Made by a program: the position numbers and the translations under genes. From positions 4,836,001 to 4,900,000 of the forward strand of contig NW_027139581.1 in assembly GCF_035084215.1 (NCBI RefSeq): a stretch of DNA of 64,000 bases, read 5' to 3'. The stretch is from Heptranchias perlo (Eukaryota). This document shows, in pieces, positions 62,600-64,000 of the stretch; position 1 is the first letter of the stretch, and each line of letters begins with the position of its first letter. The notes under the pieces are model-generated. The model did not search any database. It saw only the letters and a program-made list of their open reading frames with translations, and had not been told where the DNA came from.

Positions 62600-63560
62600 G
62601 TGAAGTTTGGAAAACGAAAGCAGGAAGATATCAATGGACTGGTCAGATGGGCAGATAAGTGGCAAATGGAGCTCAATCCAGGGAAGTGTAAAGGTAATGC
62701 AATTGGGGAAAGCAAACAAGGCAAGGGAATACACAATAAATGGGAGGATACTGAAAGGTGTAGAGGAATTGAGGGACTTTGAAGTGCATGTCCACCGATT
62801 CCTGAAGATAGCAGGACAGGTAGATAAGGTGGTTAAGAAGGCAGACGGGATACTTTCCTTTATTACCCGAAAGCTTGTGAATTTAAAATAAAATTGCTGG
62901 ACTATAACTTGGTGTTGTAAAATTGTTTACAATTTATTAGCCGAGGCATAGAATATAAAAGCAGGGAGGTTATGCCAGAACTGTATAAAATACGAGTTAG
63001 GCCACAGCTTGAGTACTGCGCACAGTTCTGGTCACCACATTAAATGAAGGATGTAATTACAATAGACAGGGTGCAGAGGAGATTTATTAGGATGCTGCCT
63101 GGACTAGAGCATTTTAGCTATGAAGACAGATTGGATAGTTTGGAGTTGTTTTCCTTGGAACAGAGGAGGCTGAGGGGTGATTTGATTGAGGTGTACAAAA
63201 TTATGAGGGACCTAGATAGAGTGGATAGGAAGGACCTATTTCCCTTAGCGGAGGCTTCAATAACAAGGCAGCAGAGATTTAAAGTGATTGGTAGAAGGAT
63301 TAGCGGAAATGTAGAAACATTTTTTCACCCAGAATGTGGTGGGGATCTGGAACTCACTGCCTTGGAGGGTGATAGAGGCAGAAACCCTCAACTCATTTTT
63401 AAAAATACCTGAATGCGCACCTGAAGAGCCGTGACCTGCAGGGCTACCGGCCAAATGCGGGAAAGTTGGATTCGGCTGGGTTGCTCATTTCTCAGATGGC
63501 GCGGACACGATGGGCCGAATGGCCTCCTTCTGTGCCGCAAATTTTCTAAGATTCTATGAT
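62600..63560 (+). mobile_element. CR1 LINE 3' part, inverted relative to its neighbour
   Basis: ORFs 62591..62782 and 63044..63412; tail ttctaagattctatga. Confidence 0.9.
62866..62932 (+). mobile_element. 67-bp Penelope-like terminal fragment with a 7-bp target-site duplication
   Basis: cccgaaagcttgtgaatttaaaataaaattgctggactataac resembles 1939-1982. It is flanked by TTTATTA at 62859-62865 and 62933-62939. Confidence 0.75.
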
Positions 63561-63807
63561 GGCTGTGTGTCTATCTGGGTGTGTCTCACTTCTTCAAAGC
63601 TTTTCAGAGTGTCTCTCTCTCTTTCTTTCTCTCTGTCACTCTTTCCCCCGCTCCGCACATCATTTCATCTTTACTGACAAAGAGATAGAAATGTGAAAGA
63701 CAAGCCTTCTTTCAGCAGATTGTGTGCTCGCTGCCGAGAGTGCTGCCCACTGAGCGACGGCTGATAACTGGACCAGTTCTGCGGCTCTGTGTCATTTTCC
63801 ATCACTT

Positions 63808-64000
63808 TATAGAATCATAGAATCATAGAAGTTACAACATGGAAACAGGCCCTTCGGCCCAACATGTCCATGTCGCCCAGTTTATACCACTAAGCTAGTC
63901 CCAATTGCCTGCACTTGGCCCATATCCGTCTATACCCATGTTACCCATGTAACTGTCCAAATGCTTTTTAAAAGACAAAATTGTACCCGCCTCTACTACT
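63808..64000 (-). mobile_element. CR1 3' end (runs off the window)
   Basis: (atagaatc)n tail followed by ggcccttcggccc. Confidence 0.8.

Overview
Eukaryotic genomic DNA from a cartilaginous fish, most likely a shark. The organism call rests on cluster-type Ig gene organisation and a repeat landscape of CR1, L2, Deu-SINE and Penelope-like elements. The only real gene is one complete, unrearranged immunoglobulin heavy-chain minilocus on the + strand (about 38.2-58.85 kb): leader, V, D1, D2, J, four constant exons, secretory tail, TM1 and TM2. Reading frames are open, splice sites are GT-AG with matching phases, and the RSS arrangement is V-23 / 12-D1-22 / 12-D2-12 / 23-J. The D, J, C1-C4, tailpiece and TM exons look like shark IgM (mu). 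The leader and V exon instead carry hallmarks I associate with IgW (IgX/IgD-orthologue) V genes. The cluster may therefore be a germline V-omega/C-mu hybrid, and there is no assembly gap between V and TM2. This is the main candidate novelty and needs a phylogenetic test. A CTCF-like motif lies just 3' of the TM poly(A) signals, and a dense lymphoid TF-motif island lies at about 14.6-15.0 kb. The rest is repetitive: a 27/54-bp satellite (0.6-13.5 kb) broken up by nested LINEs, several minisatellites, many decayed CR1/L2 LINEs, SINEs, MITE-like palindromes, and Penelope-like fragments with hammerhead-ribozyme relics. Isotype and repeat-family calls are from recalled family features, not database searches. 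Repeat boundaries are approximate.
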